From positions 12,090,001 to 12,154,000 of the forward strand of contig CM102290.1 in the NCBI GenBank assembly GCA_046563655.1: DNA of 64,000 nucleotides, in the 5' to 3' direction. The notes under the pieces were generated by a model. The model saw only the letters and a program-made list of their open reading frames with translations. It searched no databases and was not told where the DNA came from. Shown piece after piece: positions 13,701-25,980 of this stretch. The position numbers and the translations under genes were made by a program. Every line of letters starts with the position of its first letter. The first letter of the stretch is position 1. The DNA is from Yuukianura sp. NJ FZ-2021 (Eukaryota).

Positions 13701-16700
13701 ATTTTAAAAATTTTCATAATTATCCAAAACAGCTTTGAGTATCAGCTAACTCCTTTGACAGGTTTGACCTAATCTAAAATTTCGAAATTTCGAGAGAAAA
13801 GAGAAACTTTTAAAGTGCATAACAGGGCCTGACGATGAGAGTATAGCCAATGGAATGTAAATTTTTTTTTGAAATTTGAAAAATCAATTTGGCGCTAAAT
13901 ATACATAATGTGCCAACTTTCCCCGAAACTGGTAAATATTAGGAATTGGGCTGCAAAATTCGGTGTATTCTTTGGAGTGAATTCGCAAAGTGTGTCGTTT
14001 TGTGTCTCTTTTTAAATTGAAAATGTTAAACTTTGTTTTTCTTTTTCTGGGTGGATGTAATTTCTGCGTTTTGTGCCTTCTCCTTTCAATTATGCTTCTT
14101 CGTTCAAATGCAACCTAAATGAGAAGGTGGCTGTCGAAAGGGAGTAATTAAATTCCCTAAAATCCAGAATTATTCCGTAATTTTCCCCTACTTGCTCCAC
14201 TCTCTCTCCAAAACCTTGAAGGCTTTCTCTCTCTCTCGTTCTAATTCATGTAATTTCAGTCTTGTTTTCTAGACGAGTTTTCAAATTGTAGGAGACCAAA
14301 ATGGGCAGGTGAAAGGCACTCCGCGCAAATTCAAATTGAGGACGAACCCCCATTTAAATTAAAGTGGAGTAGTTCTGGAGAGAGCCGGAAATGTCAGGGG
14401 TCGTGGATGGCCAAGACAGGCTGTGGTGGGGCCGGTGGGGCTGAAGTGGCTACTTGTATTTTTAAAATTGGCGGGGACTGGGCCTATCATGTGGTCAAAC
14501 GAAGCGGATCCCTCCTCTCACAATGTGTCGTCCTCTGTCAATATTTGCCTTTAAAGTATTGAGTGGAAGGTGACGATGAACTAATATTTTCTTTGCTTTC
14601 TTCCTGGCTTGGCTCAACCGATGTCTTGGAATCGACGGACTTTTGTCCTGTACGTCCAGATAAGAATTTCAGGAAGCTCCAGAAGTGTTTCTTTGGTTAC
14701 GCTAGGCTAGAAAACTGGAGGAAGTAACTACGGGAGGAATTTTGTGGACTTGTGTCTGGAATTGAGTTGATGGATCCATTCTTACGGACATCATCCGCAT
14801 GTCACGCAAAGTGGCTCGATTCGTAGTATTCTCATCCTCGCGAGCCAACTTTGACATTTCGCGACGTAAATTCGGTTTAATGTTAACGGGAATTCAACTT
14901 TCGACATTTACAGAATTTCCTCAGAATTGCTGAAAATTGAGCTGGTGTGAACGAATCGGAAGAACTTTTTCAAATCGCGCACTTCGCACATCTGAGTTGC
15001 TTATTTAGCCGTTTTTAAGCTTTGTCTACGATTTGTGATTTTTTGAGAGTATTTCCGTAGCTGACTCTTTTTTTTTAATTTTAAGAACGTTAGGTTTTTA
15101 CATTTCCGCTTAGGTTGAAAGTTGAAACTAAAAGTGAACCAGAAGAGGATGTTACGCTGATGATGTTTTGAAATTTGGAGCCATTTTCCACATGATTTTT
15201 TCCCAGGACCGGGAAGACGAATGCGAATGCTGGACAGAAGGCGGTTTTTTTGGAATTGTAGTAGCTACATCCTTTCTCTAGTAACTTTCAGCGTGTCTTT
15301 TCACTTTACTGGACAATTGAACCTGGACTTGTGAATGGAGAGTTCTGGAAGATGGACAAAGGAAAGGATTTTGGATTCTCGTTCCTAAGAGACGCTTCAA
15401 TTTGAATCTCCAAATGCCTTCAGTCTTGTCACGTGGAAAAGATTCCATTCTGCGTACGTCTTTCAGAGCTTGTGCGTTGTCAAGATTTTGAATTCGCTAC
15501 AGTTTGCTCATAAATTATCTCAAACTTTTGGTTTTTGTATACTATATTCCGTTAGTTCTTTAATTTTGCTTAAGCTTCTACCCAACTAGGATCTTTCCAA
15601 AAGTTTCAAATTGGTGACAGATTTTCAAATCTATGAAATTTCGAAAGTTCAAAAAAATTGGTTCAATGTTGTTGTCCGTTTGGCTGCGAAATTTTTTGTC
15701 GATTTGTTATGGTTCGACTGATGAGTACAATTGTTGAGTATGTTGACCTTAAGCAGCACAGGTTCTGGTAGTTGGAATGTGATGAATGTGAATGGATTTA
15801 ATGTCTGTACTTCGATACTTCGGAGAGATTTTTGTAGGAGTGATGGATTTCCATCTCCATAATCTATGAAAGAAGGCATAAGTAAAGTGCCCTTCGTACT
15901 TTGGACTAAAAAGTGCATTAGGGAGACTTAAGTTGACTCAATTGAGAAGATGAGATATTAATAGGAACCATTAGACAGGAGACAGGAGACTATATTTCTG
16001 TATCGAAAGTCAGAGAAAGTGGATTCAAACCCATATTTTAAAAAGAAAAAGGGCGGGAACCAAAACTTTTTTGAATTGTGGAAAGTTCTGAGTCCATCGG
16101 CACACAACTTAAAGTGAGATGACCCTTGACCTACGTAGAGAGTAGTTAGGGATTTGGCATTGAATTTGATTGGATTACTCGGTGTTAATTTGCAGAGTAC
16201 GAGGTACGTAGCTCGTGGTCTGAGACTCTGGGCATGCGTGGACTCCCCCCCTCCGCCAAAAGACGGAGGCCGTCACCTCCACTCTTGTGAGACAACACTT
16301 TTCTATCTCCCGCACAATTAACTTTAGTCGTAATTACTAAATTTTAGTAATTACTAATTTAGTAAGTGCTGCTTCAGTAGTCATTCACACTTGCTCAGTC
16401 CGTGTGTGTCCGCCAGAGGGCCAGTCTGTGTCTGTCCAAGGTCATTCACTCTGTGTCCCCGGGGTCATCACTCTCTATGTCTGTCTCTTGTCTTTTTTGT
16501 GGCACTCATTCGTTGTCTCTGCGTCTAGCTCAAGTCAAGGGCCAGGGGAGCCCTTAGCGTATTAGTGGGTCCGTTTTCCCGTCACTAATACGCTAACTGT
16601 CGTCTTCTAATTCTACGTTAGGTCAAGCCGTTCTAGGCAGGTCAAGTCCCGGACGTTTTGTTAAGGGCTCCCCTGTACTTTTGAGGTTGCAGGAGCTCCT

Positions 16701-19154
16701 TTGTTTGGACAAGTGCTTAGCTTGGCTCCTTGTGAGCGTCTGAGGGCTTTCTCGGAGAGAAAGTAAGGGAGTTGCATGTCTGCCAGTTTCCGTGGTGTGT
16801 CACTATAAGGCAGGCAGAGGGATGAGGAATTGACAAAGTTACGCCAGTAGGTCTGCTGTGTCTCTCGTCTTGTCAGTCACGTCCCACTGTTTCTTCCCTT
16901 GTTCTAGAAGTGTCCGAGTCAAAGGAAGCCATTTTGTTTGGCTTGTTAAATATGCAAGGGACTCTGTTTCGGACTCAATCGAATCTTGACTTTTGAATGC
17001 TCTAACTGAATGTTATTCCTAAACCGAAGTAAAGGTTAGGGGAAAAATCCAGTGCTGGTGGATAATTGATCATTACGATTGATTTATTCCCTTATTGTGG
17101 ACTAAATGTCAGAAAGGGGCGGTAAATTTTGTAAAGTTTCTGCTCTAGTTTTCAAATTTACAAACCCACGCCCTCGATTACTCTCGAGTTTCTGTTTTTT
17201 ATAAAATCGAAATGTCGATTGCTACAGAACTTCGTGTCAAAAAAAGCTGAAAATTTGGAATAAAGGACTTCTTTTTCTAAAGTCAAAATTGCGAACTTGA
17301 TTTAAAAACAGTTAAATTTTGAATATCTTTAAATTTATTAGTTAAGTAAAAAATCAAAAAGAATTGTTAAGGTTTAGAGGTCATTGACCTTTAACAAATT
17401 TCTGGGCCACCCAGTGACCCGTCAGGCTAGCTCCATCCTATGTGTCAATCAGGATTGAGTACGACATTTTCGAATGTCGTCTAATGACATATGCCCAATG
17501 TCGCTATGGCAGAAGGCTAATGTCGCCAGAGCTAAGGGTCTCAGTCGATTTTAGAAACAAGGGACTTTCCTTGGGCTTTTGGAAAAGTTGTAAGTCGAGA
17601 GTGACTCTGAAAAAAAAAGCTTTGTTTTTAGTCTTACGTTCCAAATATAATTTTGCATGTCCCGCGTTGTATTTTCTGGAGGGCGGGAGAGTGGATGTCG
17701 CTTTGTTGTTGCTTTGGAGAGAAAGCAGGGGTTTTCCATTTGGATTGATTCCTCTACATCAGATTCCCATCAGTAGAGGCTTTTGGGCAACAGACACTTT
17801 GGAGGCCATTTCAGATTAGGTTAGGCTACAAAACCTAACTTTAGTTGTGCATTAAGTTAGGGAGAAGATATATGTCGCAGGGACTCCGTTCTGGATTGAG
17901 ACAGAACACGAGATCATTGAATTCAAATCAGAATGTGGGAGCGATGAGCTCTGAGGATGCCGAAAGTGGAGACTAATGGTCGGCCCCTTCTGCCAAACTA
18001 TTGACTTGAGTGCTTGGCATTAGCCTAACTGTCATGTGTGTGATGCTACCCTCTCCACATATGTCACTGCCTCCATGACATTCTGAATCATATCGAACAA
18101 ATGATTAGCACACAGCGTTACGAACCAAAACATTGGCTCCGGCATGGCACTCACACGATCCGAACGCCAAAGACATTAGGCACTGGCGAAACGAACTTCC
18201 GGGGAGACGAATGACGAGCTCAGTGGATCTGATGAGACCAAAAGAGCAGTTTAGCTCGTCAATGAATTTAAGAACACAAGCGGTGCACAACTCTGAAAGA
18301 AAAGTTGGAGAGATGCAGCTAGGAGACAAGTTTTGAACTTTTGGAATTTTTTTTTAATAAAAATAGAACGAAAGTTTAAAAAAACAGGATTTTAAAACGA
18401 GGGAAAATTTCTTCTTGTTCTGAAATTCTAAAACTGAGATTCAAAATCCGGAATTAAATTTTGGTATTGATTTCCCGATCTCTAAAATTTCTTGGAAGAA
18501 AGGTTTTGTTAACTTGATGACATTAAGTTGACGGTGAAATTGGCATAGTGGATACGTTGGACTGGACTTCCTGGAAGTTTTTGATGAGGTGGAAAGACGT
18601 GTGAGAAAGTGGAGAAACGACACAAACTTTCTCCAACGCTTAAGACGGAGAGAGTAAGATGCTTTGTGTTGAATTTGGTGTGAAAGTTCACATCTGATTG
18701 AAAATCGACGCTCAAAATGAAAGCGGGAAAAGTTTTTGAAAAAAAAAAACGCCGGCATTTAAGTCATTCGTATTTCTACTATTTCACTTTTGTGTTCAAA
18801 TAACTGAAAATCTTGTAAATTGTCTAAGGTCAAGTTAAAGGTCACGCCTATTTTCTAGAAGCTAGGTTGAATTTAATCGGAGATTTCTAGAAGTTGTCCC
18901 TTTCAATATTTTTTGAAATTGGCGTGTTTTTGAAATCGCGTTTGGAATTGTCGCTATTTTGAAACGTGTTGAGAACTGGAAGTTTGTCACTGGAGATCAC
19001 AATCCTTGGTTCCTTTTGTCACTGAAGTGTTTCCTTGTCCATGTTTTAGTTGACTATGCACCGAGCTTTCTTTGAAATTGTTTCTTCTAAAGTTTTTTTT
19101 TTTGAAATTTTAATTATTTTGTAATTAATGACTTAAATTTTTATGTATTTGTAG

Positions 19155-19724
19155 CCTGCAAGAGGAAGGAAGACCAGCAAGCTCCACCAGCCGAACACCA
19201 AACTTCTTCACCCAAGAAACCCCGTTTGGTTTTCACAGATCTCCAACGACGTACGCTTCAGGCTATTTTTAAAGTGAGTTAAATTATATATAATAATATT
19301 ATAATATTAATTACATTAAACATTAATGTGACCTTTGACCTTGTGACCTCCTTAGGAAACAAAGCGACCTTCTAAGGAGATGCAGGTGACGATTGCACGT
19401 CAACTGGGTCTCGAACCAACGACTGTTGGCAACTTTTTCATGAATGCACGTCGTCGCTCCATGGACAAATGGAAAGAAGAGAGCGAAACCACCAAGGCCC
19501 AAGGCCCCACCCCTTCAAACACGAACGGCGGCAACCAAGGCGCACAGAGCACTACTGTCACCTCCACGTCCTCCTCCCAGCATCCACCACAGCAGCAGCA
19601 CTCGCAGCAGCTAGGTCACCAAGGTCAAACGGTCCACGTCGTCACCGTGCATCACACGGGCCTCTCCAACCAACAAGTTCAAAATGACGCCCAGTCACAC
19701 CTCCACTCGTCAGAGGCCGTGTGA
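19155..19724 (+). CDS. onecut: Onecut-class CUT-homeobox transcription factor, last two coding exons (linker, homeodomain, Q/H/S-rich tail); CUT-domain exon lies upstream of the window
   Basis: Exon 19155-19273 (after TTTGTAG, phase 1) reads (A)CKRKEDQQAPPAEHQTSSPKKPRLVFTDLQRRTLQAIFK. GT-AG intron 19274-19355. Exon 19356-19724 reads ETKRPSKEMQVTIARQLGLEPTTVGNFFMNARRRSMDKW...EAV*. The atypical homeodomain F48/M50 (NFFMNARRR) and the ACKRKE linker are diagnostic of Onecut/HNF-6. Confidence 0.97.
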
Positions 19725-22700
19725 CACTCCTCCACGCCCTAACCCAACAGCACCACTCTCACTCACGTCATGGTAGCCTTCTGCAGCCCTTACGCAACGA
19801 CAATTACCCGGTTTTCAATAGGTCAAGCGATCAGTACATTCCGACCGGCAGCATCGTCGAGGGAGGGCAGAGGTCAAGGTCATCAGTTTCCAGTCACTTA
19901 CACTCCAGTCACACTACTAGTCATTCCAGGCAGCATTCCATGCAGTATCTTCATTCAATTGTCCAGAATTCAATCTGGACTCAGCAGTCAACCGATCTCA
20001 TCGTGCAATTTTAACCCCGCCCTGTGATTTTTGATTTCAGCAACTCCGAATTGTGATTTAGTTTATTTTATTTTTTTAAATTATCTTTAGGTTCTTTTAA
20101 CTTTTGACCAACCATTTCATACGGTTAGTTTTTGCGCATGCGTAGGCAGCTTTACAGAATCCGTAACTCATCAGTCAGTTCGAGGCAAATTAGGAACAGA
20201 AAGTCGAATGTTAGTACTAGTCAATTTTAAAAACTAAAGTCGGAGTGATTTTTAAAATTCCAAGTGTAAACAAAGGGAGTTGGTTCAGTTTGAAATGTTC
20301 CAGCATGTAACAAATGGAGTTTCAAATTTTGACTTTGACCTTTGTTGTTTTTGTTGAAAATTTTCGGCCGTTGAGTTTAAATATGTTAAAATTCGTTTAA
20401 TTGTTACTTAAACTTCCAATGTTTGTGGAAAATGGAGACTATACCACAACATATTCAAAATCCGTTTCCACTTTCCCCAGTTTTAATTTGTATTTACACA
20501 GTCATTATACCGCTGGGTTCCAAAGTAGGGCAGTTTAGACTAGTATATCTTAATTAACTTGGGCAATTACACTTTAATTGAGGAGGCTTCAGTTAAATTG
20601 TAAACCATCCACAAAAACCAACCAATACGGAGTGACAACTCTAAGCAATACACGGTCATTTTTTTGAAAAACCGTAAATAATTAATTCAAAACCCACACG
20701 GTGCTTCCGCGTTTTGAACATTTAAAAAAATTGGGCGTTAATGTGACCTCTGCCCTCCTCCTACTCCGCACCACATAAAAAACTCATTTTTGCTTTAAAA
20801 AGTCGCACTTTGCCCCAACGTCCCCACCCCCTAAAAATAATTGTAAATACAAAATGGAGAAACGTTATTTTAGAGCGTGTGGATGTGGTAAAAAAAAACA
20901 ACAAACCAACGTGCGTGTTAGTTTTGTAGAATTTTTTGAGGGTTTTGATTTTGAATTTTGGAAAAACTCGCCTTTCCGTAATAATGGCTAAACAAAACCA
21001 AATATTAATAACTTCTTTCCATAAAAGAATAATTAAAGTTAGACAAAGACATCTAAGAATTATTTTTGAATTAGAAAGAAAAGAGTTAAAAGTGCAACAA
21101 AACAAGAAAAAAAATCTTTCACTCGAAAGGATTTTTAGACAAAAAGAACAACATTTTAAAAAATGGTTTTTTCTTCTGGTGTGAACGTTTTTTGAATCCT
21201 CCGGAATGACTGGAAGGCCCCCGCTACTTTCTAATTTCTAATTTCATAGCTTATACAAGTTTGTTTTTTAAAATTTAAAAATTCGAAATTTTAAATATTG
21301 AAAATTTTGCGCTCTGATTAATTGTCCCTATCAATTGGACTTTCCAATGTTTTCAAATCCACAAACCCAATCTTGACAATACTGTTTCCAATTTCTGCTG
21401 TTTCCGAATTTACTTGCAATATTTCAAAATCTGAATTGAACTTTTTTTAAATGCTTTGTTTAATTCAAAATTATTTAACTATTCCAATTTGCAACGTTTT
21501 GAATTGCTTGCGTGATTTGCGTTACTGCTTTTGCGTATGCATGAGCGGATGATTTCTTAAATGTTAAAAGTGAATACCGTTGCAATAATTAAGGCATGAA
21601 GGGATTGATCTTCCCAGAATGCTTAGAAAGTGGTTATGGTTGATTTAGTTAATTTTAATTCTATTTTAATACACATATCAACATCCCTCGTTCTTCCTTC
21701 TCAGCAGCCCAAAGACCTGCGCCTAAAAACATCACTTTTGCTATAACTATACTTTACATTAAGTTTACTTTAAATACTTCCCGCTCTGACCCCAATTGAC
21801 CTTTCACCAATGTCATGCAAACCGGTTGGCCGTTGATCATGTGCCCTTGGGAGCCCTTCTTGTCACAACATCCCCCGTAATCACATTGTTTACTTTGGTA
21901 GACTCTTTAACCATTGATATACTTTTAATTATTATTTATTGATATTAACTTATTATTAATTGTTAATTTCCTAGTCAACAACTTTTGCTAGTCACGCATA
22001 CAGCTAATCCATACCAGTGAAACAGGCAGCGACATCTAGTCATTCCATTTTTTTTTTGGTTGTGAGAATTCGTTTTTATACTAAATATTAACTTCTAGTC
22101 AACGATTTTTTTAATATGTTAATTCTATTAAGTTTACTGAACATTTAGTTAATGTCGAGTAGGCTAGATTTAGCCTAACCTAACTTTGTTAGGGTTAGTA
22201 TAATGCTCGACTGTTTACTCACATTGTCAAGGTCATTCCTTCTAAGTCATTCCGAATACTTTTGTAAAACGTTTTAAGTTATTTTTAGTTTGTATTTTAA
22301 GTTTATGACCAACAGAACGTTGAGTTGGAAGGAATAATCAAGGTGGTCCTACTTGTAACTGTGTCACAAATTATATTTTAATTTAAACGACTTAACTGTT
22401 TTGTTAACCTATTTGAGTTAACTGTTACACCAAGAGTCGCTGAGTTTGAATTGAGAACGAATCAGGAAAGTTTGAGGGCTCTACTTTTGTAACTGGATGG
22501 TCGTCGTTGGGCAGGGGACTTTAGTTGTTAAGGGCCCCCGAGTACTTGGACGTCTTGACTTCATTTGATCTATCTCTATTGTCAATTTTAGCTTGTTAAT
22601 CAATTAATCCCACGACGGTAAGATGTCCCCGCCAGCATCTTGATCGGTTCTCTTCGTGAAGTTTGTCAAAGGCTCCTTGCTCGCTCTGTGTCACTTTGTG

Positions 22701-23059
22701 TAAAATCCAGGGAGCTGGAAGGAAGGAAGAACCAAAGAGTGAAGTATATTGTCTAATCCCGCAATTAAATTAACTTTACATTCATCTGTAAGTAGGGAGA
22801 CTTAAGTTAGTTAGGGAAATACAAATTATAAAAATGGTTGGTTAAAAGTATTGAAATAAATCACTTAGATACTCCTCATCACATTGATCATGGCTCTTAA
22901 TTTAGTTATTTTAATTCAACTAATTAACTCATTCAATTAATCTGATAAGCTCAAAACCACAAATGCATGCATGCCCCACCGGCAAAATACTGTTGAACAA
23001 AAATGTTTAGGTTTATGCTTCTCAGAGGATGCGCATGACTGACCAACTTTCTGGAAAAA

Positions 23060-24145
23060 AAACATGAACTTTTAGTCCATGTTTGTTTGTTTTTTTTCAA
23101 AATTTGACGAAAGACTTGATGCTCGATGTTGGACTTTTCAATATTTCTTAAAATTGGTCATGTTTTGTGAAAGTTTTTCCCGAAGAGATTAGCTCTCTAT
23201 CGCTTTCCGTTCTCAAGATATAAGTTTTCAAAATTATACTTTACATTTTCAATAAATTGGAAAATCCATATCTCGGGAACGAAAGGTGAGAGAAAGGTAA
23301 ACTCTTCGCTCCTGAATTCACTATAAATTTTCAAAATTTCATTTTAATTTTCAAAAACTTTCAAAATTCATAACTCGGGAACGAAAAGCGATAGAAAGAT
23401 AAACTCTTCGCCCCTGAATTCACAAAAATAAGGCGTATTTTTAGAAAATATAAAAAGGTACCCTCAGATTTTGACGAAGTTTCGAAAAAATCCATGGACT
23501 ATTGTCCATGGTTTTTTTTTTCAAAATTTGACGAAAAACTTGATGTTCGATTTTGGAGATTTCAGAATTTCTAAAAATTCTTCATGTTTTTTGAAAGTTT
23601 CTCGTGAAGAGATTAGGTCTCTATCGCTTTCCGTTCACGAGATATAAAATTTCAAAATTTCATTTTAATTTTAAAAAACTTTAAAAATTCATAACTCGGG
23701 AACGGAAAGCGATAGAAAGGTAAACTCTTCGCCCCTGAATTCACAAAAATATGTAGTATTTTTAGAAAATATAAAAAGGTACCCTCAGATTTTGACGAAA
23801 TTTCGAAAAAATCCATGGACTATTGTCCATGGTTTTTTTTTCAAAATTTGACGAAAAACTTGATGCTCGATATTGTACTTTTCAATATTTCTTAAAATTG
23901 GTCATGTTTTTTGAAAGTTTGCCTCAAAAGATTAGCTCCCCATCGCTTTCTCTTCGCGATATATAAATTTAAAAAATTTTATTTAGATTTTCAATAACTT
24001 CGAAAATTCATACTTCGGGAACGAAAGGTGATTGAGAGGTAAACTCTTCGTTCCCGAATTCAAAAAATATTGAGTATTTTTAGACATTTTACTAAAAAGG
24101 TACCCTAAGATTTTGACCAAATCACATAAAACAAAGCATGGAATT
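23060..24145. repeat. Tandem array of ~321-bp fold-back units
   Basis: Palindromic nodes CCATGGACTATTGTCCATGG at 23492-23511 and 23813-23832 (321 bp apart), with degenerate nodes at ~23063-23081 and ~24137. The first unit is longer (~430 bp) through an internal duplication. Units contain a second inverted pair, e.g. TCTATCGCTTTCCGTTC 23620-23636 / GAACGGAAAGCGATAGA 23700-23716. Confidence 0.95.
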
Positions 24146-24325
24146 TGAATAGGTTGAAACGACAAGAGTTTTATAACAAGTTTTTCTATCCTTGGTTGCT
24201 CTAGCAACTGAAATGTTCATCAAATCCGTATTTTTCAAAATTCTCGATCAGTTAATTGCCAGAGAAGATTTTCGTTTTTGCAAATTAATTTTGGATTCTG
24301 TGATTTTCCATTTTGAAGTCATACT

Positions 24326-25594
24326 TCAAAGGCTTTTGGATTCTTTCTTTTTTCTGCCTTTCTTCACTTGATCTGCAACGCCGCTTTTCAAAACCTTTCC
24401 ACTCCGAAGCCGAATTCCATTCTCTTGAGCTGCATCTCCTCTGCAACAAACGAATTAAAGTAAAACTAAAACTCAAATCCAAAAGTTAACAAAAATTTCA
24501 GATTTTTAAACAAAATTCATTAAATCCAGAAAGTATTTTTGGTTACGCTGGGTCTGGAGTCGGTGGTTGTTGTCTGATGAGCATACAGTATTCGTTAACA
24601 GCCACCAAATTGTAGAATCCGCTTTCCATGTCAAATGTCACTGGCTCCACATTTCTAAAAATGGAATTTAAACATGTATTTTCTTAAGTTTTAAAGTCCA
24701 CCAGAAAATGCTGTCCTCAAAAAGCATTTGACTTCAGAAATTTGAAAGTTTGAAATTTTAATTACGGATGAGGTGAAGCGGGTTCCAGATTTTCAAAATG
24801 ACCCGAATTTGCGCCAATTCCAGAGTAGAAGAAGTGGAAAGTGACTGGCCAATGAGGGGTCTCTCTGGTTGGCAGAATGTTGAAGAGTTCGGTGCTCATC
24901 ATCCGAACTACCAGGGGGTTGAACTCATACAATTCGCTGGCAGCGATCAGCTCCACAAATGTTCCGTATTTGCCCAGTCGGTGCATGTACCTTCCATAGC
25001 GACGTTTCAGCGCCTCCTCTTCGGTTTCATCTTCGTCATGTTCAGAAGGTCGTCGTCCATAATCTTCGCTTTGTGCAGTAATGTCGTTGACGAAGGTAGG
25101 CCAGTTCGCGGGTTCCAAAATGTGGTTCACTTTTCGTCGGAAATCAGAAACTGGTCAGAAACAGTTAGTGCGAAAAATGTAAAATGTTTAACACAAGTGA
25201 TCGTACCAACTTCCTCTCGAATGCGTTCATGAGCTCCCTGGTGACCAAGGAGTGCCTGCGAGATTGCGCGGAAGAGACAGTTCCCGTCCATGCGGGTTTC
25301 AATGACCTCGAAATGACTGACCTCATTGCGAGAATTGACGACGCCCAGTCGATAGAATTGGGTCAGCATCGTGTCCATTTTGTCACATGCTGAAGTCGCT
25401 TGGTCTTGAACTTCGTCTGGTGGTGGTTCAGAAGTATTTGGATCATGCGCAAGTTGTTGTTCTGGATTGGGGCTTTGGACGGGCGCTGACTCTGTGTCCA
25501 TGTCAATGGAATCCATCGATTCTGGACCAAGCGATGGAGTTGAGTCAAGTGTGATCGGGGTCGTATCCATTTGATCATTTGAGTCCGATGCCAT
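24326..25594 (-). CDS. OTU-family cysteine protease (deubiquitinase-like), ~331 aa, 4 predicted exons
   Basis: Exons (minus strand) 25594-25207, 25150-24766, 24654-24547, 24440-24326, joined by GT-AG introns of 56, 111 and 106 bp that keep one open frame (996 nt). OTU motifs: MDGNCLFRAISQAL (D103/C106), YGTFVELIAASELY, GHFE (H247). Acidic/Pro-rich N-terminus; C-terminus ...ENGIRLRSGKVLKSGVADQVKKGRKKKESKSL*. Exons 1-2 are secure; exons 3-4 rest on weaker donors (GTAATT, GTAACC). Confidence 0.85.
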
Positions 25595-25834
25595 AATGGA
25601 TATCGAAAATTCGACAGCGAGTTAGTGTCAAGTCAACTGGTTCACGCTTTGGTCGAACGCAAACGCCTTTCCTTTTCACGAGTAATTTTTCTAAGTTTTT
25701 GTAGAAGGTTTGTTGACTTTGATTTTCTTTAACGTTAAAAAAATAACATTTCGTTGTCAAGGAAGCTTGGCTTTTGTCGTTCCTATTTTCGCACTGCAAT
25801 TATTTTACAAAACTTTTGGAATAAATTTGGAAAT

Positions 25835-25980
25835 AATCCATGGACTATAATAGTCCATGGATTTTTTCAAAATTTGACGAAAAACTTGATGTTCGGTTTT
25901 GGACTTTTCAGTATTTATTAAAATTTTTAAAGTTTTTTGGAAGTTATTCCCAAGAGATTAGCTCTCTATCGCTTTCCGTC
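25835..25980. repeat. Partial copy of the 321-bp repeat unit with a perfect 29-bp palindrome
   Basis: AATCCATGGACTAT-A-ATAGTCCATGGATT at 25835-25863, followed by TTCAAAATTTGACGAAAAACTTGATG...AGATTAGCTCTCTATCGCTTTCCGT as in the left array. Confidence 0.92.

Noticed and set aside
19722..19742. Stop-codon readthrough at the onecut TGA-C
   Set aside because: Leaky context, but an in-frame TAA follows after only five further codons.
23060..24145. CRISPR-like array of palindromic repeats
   Set aside because: The sequences between palindromes are themselves repeated ~300-bp units rather than unique spacers; no cas genes; eukaryotic context.
24798..25393. Plus-strand ORFs 24798-25232 and 25184-25393
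   Set aside because: Antisense shadows of the OTU coding exons, with no independent motifs.
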